A DNA stretch of 60,307 bases from IMG/VR virus record IMGVR_UViG_3300020373_000003, positions 1 to 60,307 of that record. One strand, written 5' to 3'. This DNA is from a virus (Duplodnaviria; Caudoviricetes). Shown here one piece after another: positions 1-8,744 of this stretch. Within the stretch, counting starts at the first letter, position 1. Every line of letters begins with the position of its first letter. The notes beneath the pieces were generated by a model. The model was not told where the DNA came from and did no database searches. It saw only the letters and a program-made list of their open reading frames with translations. Made by a program: the position numbers and the translations under genes.

Positions 1-797
1 ACATCCATTTTACCTTCATTGGTAAGTTCTACCCAAGCAGTACCTTGTTTATTAATAATATAAACTATACCTTTTTCATCATTAAGTAATAGTTGAGCAC
101 CACCAGCAGTTCGTAACCGTATACCCATATCAATTCCGGCATCATCACCATCATCCATTACAAATTGATGTTGTTCTGGGGTTAAAATGCCAAACACCCT
201 ACTAGGACTTTCTCGTCTAGCACCACTTGTACATGTTCCTCTAATTGCATCATATTGAGCTATTGCAAGAAGTCCTTGTGTTTTAAGGGCTTCAGCCATA
301 GGCTTATGAGCGGGACGTAATGTTGGTAATTTATCGTATTTGTTTTTTTCCGCTCCTGGTGCTGGTCCTTCGTATGTCATAGCAGACGGAATACCTGGTA
401 TAGTAAAATTAACATTTTCTTGAAAGAAACAACCTAACCAAACACCTTCGTTTATATCTCCATTAATAAAACCTACCAAACCTTCTGTTTCCATTGTTGG
501 TGGAACCATCCACATACCATAAGCAGTTTGGGTATCTTTAAATGCTGTAGACATTGGCTTTATGTCATATGGATTAGATGCTCCGGCAAATGGTGACAAA
601 TACCTAACACTTATCCAAGTATCTTCTCTAGTAGGATGAGCAATTTCAGGAATATAAACTTGCAATCTACCCATAGCGGCTGAATCTAAAGATCGCTTAA
701 TAAAGGCCCTATATATATAGGGCATAGATTTAATTTCTACTCTAGTTCCGTCGTCTTCAGTTGATTTTGCAAATTCTTTTGTAATATTTCGTATCAT
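1..797 (-). CDS. gp5: Baseplate hub/spike protein, gp5/VgrG-type N-terminal OB-fold (runs off left edge of window)
   Basis: Not in the ORF track. Manual translation from ATG at 797: MIRNITKEFAKSTEDD...DSAAMGRLQVYIPEI...WISVRYLSPFAG...YGMWMVPPT...LVGFINGDINEGVWLGC, matching the gp5 OB-fold signature. Follows other baseplate genes. Confidence 0.75.
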   Translation of the reverse strand, partial: MIRNITKEFAKSTEDDGTRVEIKSMPYIYRAFIKRSLDSAAMGRLQVYIPEIAHPTREDTWISVRYLSPFAGASNPYDIKPMSTAFKDTQTAYGMWMVPPTMETEGLVGFINGDINEGVWLGCFFQENVNFTIPGIPSAMTYEGPAPGAEKNKYDKLPTLRPAHKPMAEALKTQGLLAIAQYDAIRGTCTSGARRESPSRVFGILTPEQHQFVMDDGDDAGIDMGIRLRTAGGAQLLLNDEKGIVYIINKQGTAWVELTNEGKMD

Positions 798-800
798 AAT

Positions 801-1433
801 TTATTCCGGTACACATCCTAATTCAAACCATTGATCTGCATCTCTTGTTCTAGACCAATATTTTTTTGCTCCCCTACGTCTTCCACAATCTCTAAACTCA
901 AAATAATTTTTATTCCATCCATTACCATAATCAGCATGATTGTATTGTTGAAATAAGTTATTTCCTTTATTACCGCCCCAATGAAAACCTTGGGCTTCTG
1001 CAAGTTGACCTATTTCTTTCCAATGATCTTGATTTGAGGTTGTTATGGATCCATCGGCTTCATGTAAATATTTTGTTTTGTTTACACTATTAATACTAAC
1101 AACTTCTATTCTAAATGCAGTACCTGTTAAATGCTGACTATCTTTATAACCATGTTTAAGTGTATCTTTTTTACGTAATTCTTTATGCTTAATACGGGGT
1201 CGAACACCTGTTACAATTTTTATAATATAAATTTGCCCATGTGCCTTAGCATTAATAACAAAATTTGCCGCAAGTTTTCGTAATTTAGGATGCAATCTTG
1301 CTATCTCAATATTAGTTCCAATATCATCTGTACTAGGAAAAGACCAATTACCATCCTTATCAGGCTTCTCACCAAAACCTGCGTAACTACCTACTGGTGG
1401 TTTTTCTCCAAATTGTGTTTTATATGTTGCCAT
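801..1433 (-). CDS. Peptidase M15-like (L-Ala-D-Glu peptidase fold) protein, possibly degenerate tail lysin
   Basis: LHPKLR..., SQHLTGTAF resembling SxHxxGxAxD, and GFHWGG motif. Located between hub and gp5 genes. Confidence 0.6.
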   Translation of the reverse strand: MATYKTQFGEKPPVGSYAGFGEKPDKDGNWSFPSTDDIGTNIEIARLHPKLRKLAANFVINAKAHGQIYIIKIVTGVRPRIKHKELRKKDTLKHGYKDSQHLTGTAFRIEVVSINSVNKTKYLHEADGSITTSNQDHWKEIGQLAEAQGFHWGGNKGNNLFQQYNHADYGNGWNKNYFEFRDCGRRRGAKKYWSRTRDADQWFELGCVPE

Positions 1434-3565
1434 TAATATATTCCTCCAGTTTTTTGAGCAGTTGTAGCATCGGCGGCGGCTTGAGCTGTATGAGCTTCTT
1501 GTTTTACTTCGTCTTCATTTGTAAATCTTAATAAAGTAGGGCGAGCCAATTCATAATTAGTTCCAATATCTCTAATTGCTGATAAAGATTGTGTAAAGGC
1601 ACCATTAACAAATCGAGATATAACATTTGTTACTTTAAATATTCCGCTTATTGTTGTATTGTCTACAAATTCCATTTTTCCTGTATTTTCATCCGGTTCA
1701 ACAGGACTCCGAACATTTAACCAAAACATATTTGCACCTTGTTCGTACATTGCAAAATCTGCTATACCTGTACTTGCTCCTCTAAATTGTTTAGTTAAAT
1801 TTGACATACCTAACCAATATGGATCTCCTTTAATTTCTATATCAATTTTAGCCAATTCTGAACCGCCTGTTAATTCCATATACTGATTACCTAATTTTAT
1901 TCGTCCAGTGCTTCTATCAGGTGTTACATTTTGTTGTAAAGCATTACCGCTATCAACAGTATCTGATGAAATTGTAAGAAATGAAACATTTTCCTGGGTG
2001 GATGGTAATGTATATGATTCAATATACAGTCCACTACCTTTTCTAATATTTGTTCCAGTTTCACTAGCAAGAGCCGCTTGGGCTTTTTCTAATTCTTCTG
2101 CATCCTCAGGATTTGCTCCATATACTAATCCTTGATCGCTTAAAGGACCATATGTTTTACCAAAATATTTTCTCATTTCTGGAGGTATATCGTTTTTCTT
2201 TCTATTTTTCTTTGATTCAGCTCCTTTAGCAGTAGCTCCTACTGGTTGTTTTATTGATCCTTGTACGCCAGTTCGTTGACCTTGGTGTCCTTTTCTAATA
2301 GGAATGGTTCTAAAATATGTAAGATCTAAGTTTATATCAAAATTTAGTACTTCTGTGTTTAATCCTGTAAAATTATAATCATATCGTTTAGTAAGTAATT
2401 GTTCTTGCAATAATTTAGTTACTCGTTCTTTCATTACATTTTTATCATTAAATTGAGTTGCAAGGTCTCCAGTAGATACTGATGGATCTTTATATGATTG
2501 AAATGAATATAAATATTTTCTTGAATATCTTTTTCGTTTTATATCATAATCTCCAAATCTCATATCGCAAACTAAACGAAAAGTTTCTGGAATACTTTTA
2601 GCATCTGTTGCATCGGCATCTACACCCCCTTGATGTATAAATCCGCCCTCAGTAGTTTTAATTCGTTGAAATTCTTCTGTTGCTCCCATTACAGAATTTA
2701 ATATATCAGGAATACGTGACCCTTTTGCTATTTGAATCATTAATTTAGAATTATTGTCAAATGCTCGTGTTCCTTGGTCGTTTTCTTTAGATTTTGTATT
2801 AGAAAATTTATAATTTTTCCATGCATCATCTATAATAATACCATATGAATCTCTAATAAAATGTGCTTCTGCATCAACTTCATCTTGAGCACATTTATTT
2901 AAAAATTTTTTAAATCCTTTAACCCATTCACCTAAAGTAGATGCGCCAATAGTTGATACATTTTTTATTGTAGGTCCTGTTTGTCCTGCATATGCAGATA
3001 CACCAGGTTCTGTTGCATTAATTCTATATTGACCACCTTTTTCTGTAATTGATATATTCATATTTTCAAATATAAGTGGATAAACAAAATAATATTCAGA
3101 TTGCCCTGGCTCTACATTGTCTGCATTACCATTATTAAACATTATTTCTAATAGATAAGTTGCTTCTTTAGGTGTTTTAATACCTAAATCTTTACATGCT
3201 TTATTAATATAATCTAAAAGAGCCGCGCCGTGTGTTTCGACTATTGTTATATTTGCTCCTATTCCTTGAGCTGATCTAGTTTGTTCATTCCAACTAACAA
3301 CATGAAATATTTCTAAATCTGTAATTGCAAATATAGCCGTGGTTGCAGTTTCTGCAATTATTATTTTTTTCTTATTGTTCATTGATAAATTATGCACAAT
3401 AGTTGGATGACAAACACTCAATCTAGTGTAATATGTAGCAGTAGGCATTGAACTCAAGGCATTACCTATAAATCCTCTAGGAGAATATTTTATAGCATCT
3501 TTTGGTGTATACCCAGACTTTTCTTTGCTTACCTGTGAGTATTGTTCATTGAGTAACGGATCCAT
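1433..3565 (-). CDS. Baseplate hub protein (gp27/phage late control D-like)
   Basis: 710 aa with C-terminal IEIKGDPYWL and SGIFKVTNVISRFVNGAFTQSL hub motifs, in baseplate operon context. Confidence 0.6.
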   Translation of the reverse strand: MDPLLNEQYSQVSKEKSGYTPKDAIKYSPRGFIGNALSSMPTATYYTRLSVCHPTIVHNLSMNNKKKIIIAETATTAIFAITDLEIFHVVSWNEQTRSAQGIGANITIVETHGAALLDYINKACKDLGIKTPKEATYLLEIMFNNGNADNVEPGQSEYYFVYPLIFENMNISITEKGGQYRINATEPGVSAYAGQTGPTIKNVSTIGASTLGEWVKGFKKFLNKCAQDEVDAEAHFIRDSYGIIIDDAWKNYKFSNTKSKENDQGTRAFDNNSKLMIQIAKGSRIPDILNSVMGATEEFQRIKTTEGGFIHQGGVDADATDAKSIPETFRLVCDMRFGDYDIKRKRYSRKYLYSFQSYKDPSVSTGDLATQFNDKNVMKERVTKLLQEQLLTKRYDYNFTGLNTEVLNFDINLDLTYFRTIPIRKGHQGQRTGVQGSIKQPVGATAKGAESKKNRKKNDIPPEMRKYFGKTYGPLSDQGLVYGANPEDAEELEKAQAALASETGTNIRKGSGLYIESYTLPSTQENVSFLTISSDTVDSGNALQQNVTPDRSTGRIKLGNQYMELTGGSELAKIDIEIKGDPYWLGMSNLTKQFRGASTGIADFAMYEQGANMFWLNVRSPVEPDENTGKMEFVDNTTISGIFKVTNVISRFVNGAFTQSLSAIRDIGTNYELARPTLLRFTNEDEVKQEAHTAQAAADATTAQKTGGIY

Positions 3566-3581
3566 AATTTATTGCCTTTTA

Positions 3582-3881
3582 TTAACTTAAATAAGCACTT
3601 ACTTCTGATGGACTAGGTGTTAATATTTCTAGTCCTTCGATAAAATCCCAAATAGGATCATTTAATTTATCTGGATTTATCATTTTAAAAACCCACCACA
3701 AGTGGGGTGTTCCATATAATTCATTACTTAAAAGATCTGGTCGATTTCTATAATGCCGTGAAATTATCATAGTTATTTCGTTTCCAGTAATTACAATTTC
3801 TGGTGTCTCCCAAATTCCTAATTTACCCGAATCCATTGGGGTTAATGCGTATATACTATTGGGCTTATATGAAGTTGCCAT
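3582..3881 (-). CDS. gp53: Baseplate wedge subunit gp53-like (LysM-like)
   Basis: RPDLLSNELYGTPHLWWVF...N motif typical of gp53. Confidence 0.75.
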   Translation of the reverse strand: MATSYKPNSIYALTPMDSGKLGIWETPEIVITGNEITMIISRHYRNRPDLLSNELYGTPHLWWVFKMINPDKLNDPIWDFIEGLEILTPSPSEVSAYLS

Positions 3882-4516
3882 TAAATAAATCCATCCTTAA
3901 CTAGTTTACCTGATTTAAAATCATTCATAGTAAATGTTGTTCTAAGTTTACTTGGAGTCTGTTGAATTACTAAATCAATTACTAAGTTCATCATAGTAGG
4001 TACCTTTGAACTAAATCCATCTGAGAATCCAGCTTCTGCTGATTCTGTATCAACATCTATATAATCTATTTCTTGTCCTAAATCATACGCAAAAGAACGA
4101 ACCAAGACCGGAACATTACTAAACATTAAATCTCCATATGCACTAAATTTTAATACAGGCGGCGGCGTACCTCGTTTAGGATCATTCATTCCAAAATGCA
4201 TTTTAGTAACTACACGTAAAAAATGTAAAACTGCTAACATATAATTTCCTTCAGCCGCCGAATTTGCAGTTAACGGTCCTGACACCTGTAAAGCAGGAGG
4301 TCGACTTTTGGAAAAATATTGGACAGGATAATTAGAATGGGTAATGTCATATTCGCCATACTCTGCTTGATGGGATATATTAATAGTTGGTGTATACGGC
4401 CAAATTATCCCATTAAATTTTTTAAGTGGTAATAAAATAGGATTTACTTTTCCACTTTCGGTTTTTAATATATCACTATTTCGTGGCAAAGATAATCTTG
4501 CTCGTATATCTTTCAT
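3881..4516 (-). CDS. Baseplate/tail-tube initiator protein (gp48/gp54-like)
   Basis: WPYTPTI...GTPPPVLKFSAYG...NVPVLV motif, directly upstream of gp53. Confidence 0.6.
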   Translation of the reverse strand: MKDIRARLSLPRNSDILKTESGKVNPILLPLKKFNGIIWPYTPTINISHQAEYGEYDITHSNYPVQYFSKSRPPALQVSGPLTANSAAEGNYMLAVLHFLRVVTKMHFGMNDPKRGTPPPVLKFSAYGDLMFSNVPVLVRSFAYDLGQEIDYIDVDTESAEAGFSDGFSSKVPTMMNLVIDLVIQQTPSKLRTTFTMNDFKSGKLVKDGFI

Positions 4517-5151
4517 CTTCTAATTCCTCGCATTACTGTTCCAAATATTCTATCTCTAGCATTATGATCTGTTTGTATATTACCAAAATATTCATTAAAC
4601 AATTCTTGCATTTGTAATTGATCATCTTCTTTTGTTATATCGGCTCTAAAAGATGATGCATTTATTCCTCCTGCTTGAGAAGGAACAATATATTTGTATG
4701 CACGTTCTTGTCCAGTTTCTGGATCTACAGAAGGTTCTGGTAATATATTTTTGTTGTATTCTTGTATAACATTTCCTACTTTTAATCTAGCGGTTTCTTT
4801 ATCACCTAATGCTAGTACAACATAATTTGTTGCAGGATCTCTACCGACTTTAGTTAGGTCAGGTCTATATGGCATTGTTTCTACAATATGATCTTTGGGT
4901 ATTTTATACATTGTAGATATAATATCTGCCTTCTCTTGAAAAGTAAATGGGTCTGTTGTATAATCACCTGCTGTATGGGCTTGTTGTTGTTTCTTCCCAA
5001 ACATAGTGGCGATAAATACATTATTGGCACCAAACTTTTCACTTAAATGTTTGTATACACCATAATGTCCTTTATGCATAGGCTGAAACCTACCTCCATA
5101 AAATACAACCGGCGTTTTAGCAACTGCTTCAAAAAGTTCAAGAATTCTCAT
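4513..5151 (-). CDS. Cytidyltransferase-like nucleotidyltransferase (HxGH family)
   Basis: GGRFQPMHKGH, DPFTFQEK and INASSFR motifs. Start moved to ATG at 5151 (MRILELFEA) because a late-promoter motif overlaps the upstream TTG start. Confidence 0.75.
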   Translation of the reverse strand: MRILELFEAVAKTPVVFYGGRFQPMHKGHYGVYKHLSEKFGANNVFIATMFGKKQQQAHTAGDYTTDPFTFQEKADIISTMYKIPKDHIVETMPYRPDLTKVGRDPATNYVVLALGDKETARLKVGNVIQEYNKNILPEPSVDPETGQERAYKYIVPSQAGGINASSFRADITKEDDQLQMQELFNEYFGNIQTDHNARDRIFGTVMRGIRR

Positions 5152-5175
5152 ATTAATATTTATCGTCAAAAATTC

Positions 5176-5204
5176 TTGACTTTAGATGCATAATACTGTA
5201 TAAT
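5176..5204 (+). promoter_or_regulatory. Sigma70-type promoter for gp55 operon
   Basis: TTGACT-17 nt-TATAAT, followed by GGAG Shine-Dalgarno before ATG 5232. Confidence 0.8.
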
Positions 5205-5231
5205 AATAGCAGTAAATAATCACGGAGACAC

Positions 5232-6206
5232 ATGGCAGCAAAACGAAATTACCTAAATAATAAAGATATTTTAAAACAGATACATTTATCAAAACAAACA
5301 TATAGTGCATATACACATGATAAATTTAAAGATTACGATTTAATAGTAGCAGAACATGTAAATTGTATTGATATAGATGAATTAACCAAAGAACATAAAG
5401 AAGAAGCAATTACTAATCGAAAAAAACGATTAGAAATTGACAAGAATGTCGAAGTAGAAATTGATCCTAATGATATAGTATATAGAGTATACGATTTTTC
5501 GCATATTCCATTAGAGCCAGGACGAAAAAATAAACCAAAAACAATAGCAGATCATCATGCTAAAGTAAATTTTCCTCCTTGGAAACATCTTGTTTGGAAT
5601 CCAAATAAAAACAGATATAAAGAAGTCGCAAGATCACATTGGAAGGGTACTATTTCTACAGGTAAGTTTTGTGTTGACCATGGTTACATGACAGATGAAC
5701 TTGCTAATATGTGTATGAAACTTACCGAACGATATGCTACACGATCTAATTGGCGAGGATACACTTATGTAGATGAAATGCGGTCACAAGCATTATTACA
5801 ATTATCACAAATTTCATTACAATTTGATGAAAGTAAATCTCAAAACCCTTTTGCATATTATACGGCCGCAATTACAAATTCTTTTACTCGAGTATTAAAT
5901 GTAGAAAAACGTAGTCAAAATATTCGCGATGATTTGTTAGAAAAAGCAGGGCATAGTCCTAGTTATACACGACAAATGGCCCATCACCTTGCAATAGCAG
6001 AAAAAACAGAAGCAGAAAGAAGGACTCGAGATGGAGATCACGAAACAGAACGAATAGAGCAACAAATAGAACGAAAAGAGCGGTTAGAGCTAGGAGAGGA
6101 AACCCGTACCGATCGACGAGAAGCAAAATTGCAAGAAAAAAAACGAATAGAGCGAGTAGAACGGGAAGTAAAACGAAGGGAACTGGTAGAACATAATGCT
6201 TCATAG
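5232..6206 (+). CDS. gp55: T4-like late-transcription sigma factor
   Basis: NYLNNKD N-terminus and NWRGYTYVDEM...QFDESKSQNPFAYYT...NSF motif; lies upstream of gp47/gp46 as in T4-like phages. Confidence 0.85.
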   Translation: MAAKRNYLNNKDILKQIHLSKQTYSAYTHDKFKDYDLIVAEHVNCIDIDELTKEHKEEAITNRKKRLEIDKNVEVEIDPNDIVYRVYDFSHIPLEPGRKNKPKTIADHHAKVNFPPWKHLVWNPNKNRYKEVARSHWKGTISTGKFCVDHGYMTDELANMCMKLTERYATRSNWRGYTYVDEMRSQALLQLSQISLQFDESKSQNPFAYYTAAITNSFTRVLNVEKRSQNIRDDLLEKAGHSPSYTRQMAHHLAIAEKTEAERRTRDGDHETERIEQQIERKERLELGEETRTDRREAKLQEKKRIERVEREVKRRELVEHNAS

Positions 6207-6951
6207 TAAAATTAATTTTAATGAAGAGATTGCAACAAATGTTAGGTTATTCAATCCTTTTGGACCCAACATGTTTTATATGTCATTTAATGATCAACAT
6301 ATAGCAGAACTGTTAGAAATAGTTAATAAACTTAGTAGCCAACAAGATATGAAAGATAAGTTGGATGCATCTGAACAAATGGTTATTCACGGTACCAGAG
6401 GAAAAGAAAATCAAAAAAATAGTATAGTCGATGGAGAAATGTATCCTATACGTACAGAATTTTTAGAAGAAAATGATAAACAAATTCTTGTAGATGTAAT
6501 TACAAATTTAACATTAACATATGGTCAAATTGTTACTTCTCATGTTAAAGATGATCTTGCATTAAGAGATGATCCTGACGCCATTGAAGCACTAAAAAAA
6601 GAAGAGAATGAATATGTAGCCGAAATACAAGGTCTTTGGTATGTTAAAATGAAGGCTGGAGATTTTCATATATTACACGAACATGGGTCATCCGGAGCAA
6701 CTATGAGCGGAGCAATTTATTTAGATGTACCTGATACCCCTTGGCCTCAAGGTAATATGAATTGGATTCCTCCTGGCGAAGGAAACACTATGTATAATGG
6801 AACATGGCAACTTAGTCCTAAATCGGGCGATGTTATTATGTGGCCAGCATGGTTATTACATACAGTATACCCATTTAAGAGTGATAAAGAACGAATTATG
6901 ATTTCTTTTAATTCTGTTTTATTAACCCAAAGAGGTGAAAAAATTGTATGA
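6196..6951 (+). CDS. 2OG-Fe(II) oxygenase family protein (paralog 1)
   Basis: HILHEH...SGAIYL...WPAWLLHTVYPF...RIMISFN double-stranded beta-helix motifs. Confidence 0.8.
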   Translation: MLHSKINFNEEIATNVRLFNPFGPNMFYMSFNDQHIAELLEIVNKLSSQQDMKDKLDASEQMVIHGTRGKENQKNSIVDGEMYPIRTEFLEENDKQILVDVITNLTLTYGQIVTSHVKDDLALRDDPDAIEALKKEENEYVAEIQGLWYVKMKAGDFHILHEHGSSGATMSGAIYLDVPDTPWPQGNMNWIPPGEGNTMYNGTWQLSPKSGDVIMWPAWLLHTVYPFKSDKERIMISFNSVLLTQRGEKIV

Positions 6952-6964
6952 AGAAAGGTAAAAA

Positions 6965-7726
6965 ATGTTAGTACAAAACGTATCAACTTTTCCTAATGAA
7001 TTAGGAACAAATGTAAAATTTTTTAATCCATTTGGACCTAATTTATTACATTATACATTACAACCTGATATTCTAAAAAAATGTTTAGATTGTGTAAATG
7101 ATTATAGAGGTAATCGAGAAGTTATAGAAAAAATAAAATCTGAAGGCCAAATTGTCCAAGGGTCTAGGGCTATAGAAAATCAAGCTAATTCTATTACTGA
7201 CGGTGAAATGTTAACTTTAGATCACGAATTTCAAGAAAAATATTATGATAATATTTTTAAAGAAGTTATTTCGGTATCTGTTTATAATTACGGTTTACAA
7301 TCTGCTATGGCAAGTATTGACGACATAGGAATGAGAGAAGTTGAAGATGATTATTTTGCATCCATAGAGCATAATGTCGAATCAATGGAAGTTGAAATTA
7401 AAGATTGTTGGTTTGTTTGTTTAAAATCAGGAGATTTTCATATTTTACATGAACATAATCATGGTGGCGTTCTTCTCAGCGGAGCAATTTATTTAGATGT
7501 ACCTGATAACCCTTGGCCTCAAGGTAATATGAATTGGATAGTAAATGGAAATTCGGCTAGCATGTTTAATGCAAGTTGGGGGGTTCAACCAAAAGCAGGA
7601 GATGTTTTTATTTGGCCGGCTTGGATTAAACATTCAGTATATCCTTTTAAAGGAGAAGGCGAACGACTTATGGTATCATTTAATACTATACTAACTATAA
7701 AAAAGGACGGAAATGAAACTGTTTAA
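6965..7726 (+). CDS. 2OG-Fe(II) oxygenase family protein (paralog 2)
   Basis: HILHEHNH...SGAIYL...WPAWIKHSVYPF...RLMVSFN; collinear with the upstream gene. Confidence 0.8.
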   Translation: MLVQNVSTFPNELGTNVKFFNPFGPNLLHYTLQPDILKKCLDCVNDYRGNREVIEKIKSEGQIVQGSRAIENQANSITDGEMLTLDHEFQEKYYDNIFKEVISVSVYNYGLQSAMASIDDIGMREVEDDYFASIEHNVESMEVEIKDCWFVCLKSGDFHILHEHNHGGVLLSGAIYLDVPDNPWPQGNMNWIVNGNSASMFNASWGVQPKAGDVFIWPAWIKHSVYPFKGEGERLMVSFNTILTIKKDGNETV

Positions 7727-8735
7727 AAAAGTTGCGTGTTTTACAGACATACATTTTGGCTTAAGAAACAATAGTAGATTACATAATACAGATTGCGAAG
7801 AATTTGTTAAATGGTTTATTAAACAAGCCAAAAAAGCAAAATGTGAAACTTGTATATTTTTAGGTGACTGGCATCATCATAGAGCATCCATTAATGTTAG
7901 CACTTTAAATTATACAATGTCGAATTTAGAGTTTTTATCTAAAGCATTTACAAATGTATTTGTTATAATGGGCAACCATGATCTATTTTACAGAGATAAA
8001 CGTGAAATTAATAGTGTATCATTTGGTGGCTTATATGATAATATACACATCATAGATAGTATTTTTACAGAAGGTGATGTTAGTATTGTTCCGTGGTTAG
8101 TACAAGACGAATGGAAGGAAATGCCTAAGATAAAATCTAAGTATATATTTGGTCATTTTGAATTAGGCGGATTTCAAATGAATCAACTTGTAGCAATGCC
8201 AGAAAATGGAGGATTAGGACAACAACATTTTAAAAATCAAGAATATGTTTTTAGCGGTCACTTTCATCATAGGCAACAACAAAAAAATGTAATATATATA
8301 GGTAACACATTTCCCCATAATTATTCAGATACATGGACTGATGATAGAGGAATGATGACATTAGAATGGGGCAAAGAACCTCAATATACTGCATGGCCAA
8401 ATGCACCATCATTTAAAACAATTAACCTTAGTAAATTAATTGATAAACCTGAAAAATATTTAAAACCAAAAACATATATAAGAGTAACATTAGACGTAGA
8501 CATTTCATATGAAGAAGCAACTCATATTAAACAAGTGTTTACTGATGAATATGATCTACGAGAAATAGTATTATTACCAGAAAGAGAGGACGAACACGAA
8601 ATAGATTGGTCCGACGGCGAGGTTCCAAAATTTGAATCTGTAGATCAAATAGTATTAAATGAACTTTCTACTATTAAATCAACCCATATTAATAACAATA
8701 AATTGGTTGACATCTATAACAATCTGACTGTATAA
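7713..8735 (+). CDS. gp47: Recombination nuclease, Mre11/SbcD-like
   Basis: DIHFG, GDWHH, GNHD and SGHFH metallophosphoesterase motifs. Confidence 0.92.
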   Translation: MKLFKKVACFTDIHFGLRNNSRLHNTDCEEFVKWFIKQAKKAKCETCIFLGDWHHHRASINVSTLNYTMSNLEFLSKAFTNVFVIMGNHDLFYRDKREINSVSFGGLYDNIHIIDSIFTEGDVSIVPWLVQDEWKEMPKIKSKYIFGHFELGGFQMNQLVAMPENGGLGQQHFKNQEYVFSGHFHHRQQQKNVIYIGNTFPHNYSDTWTDDRGMMTLEWGKEPQYTAWPNAPSFKTINLSKLIDKPEKYLKPKTYIRVTLDVDISYEEATHIKQVFTDEYDLREIVLLPEREDEHEIDWSDGEVPKFESVDQIVLNELSTIKSTHINNNKLVDIYNNLTV

Positions 8736-8744
8736 TAATAAGTT

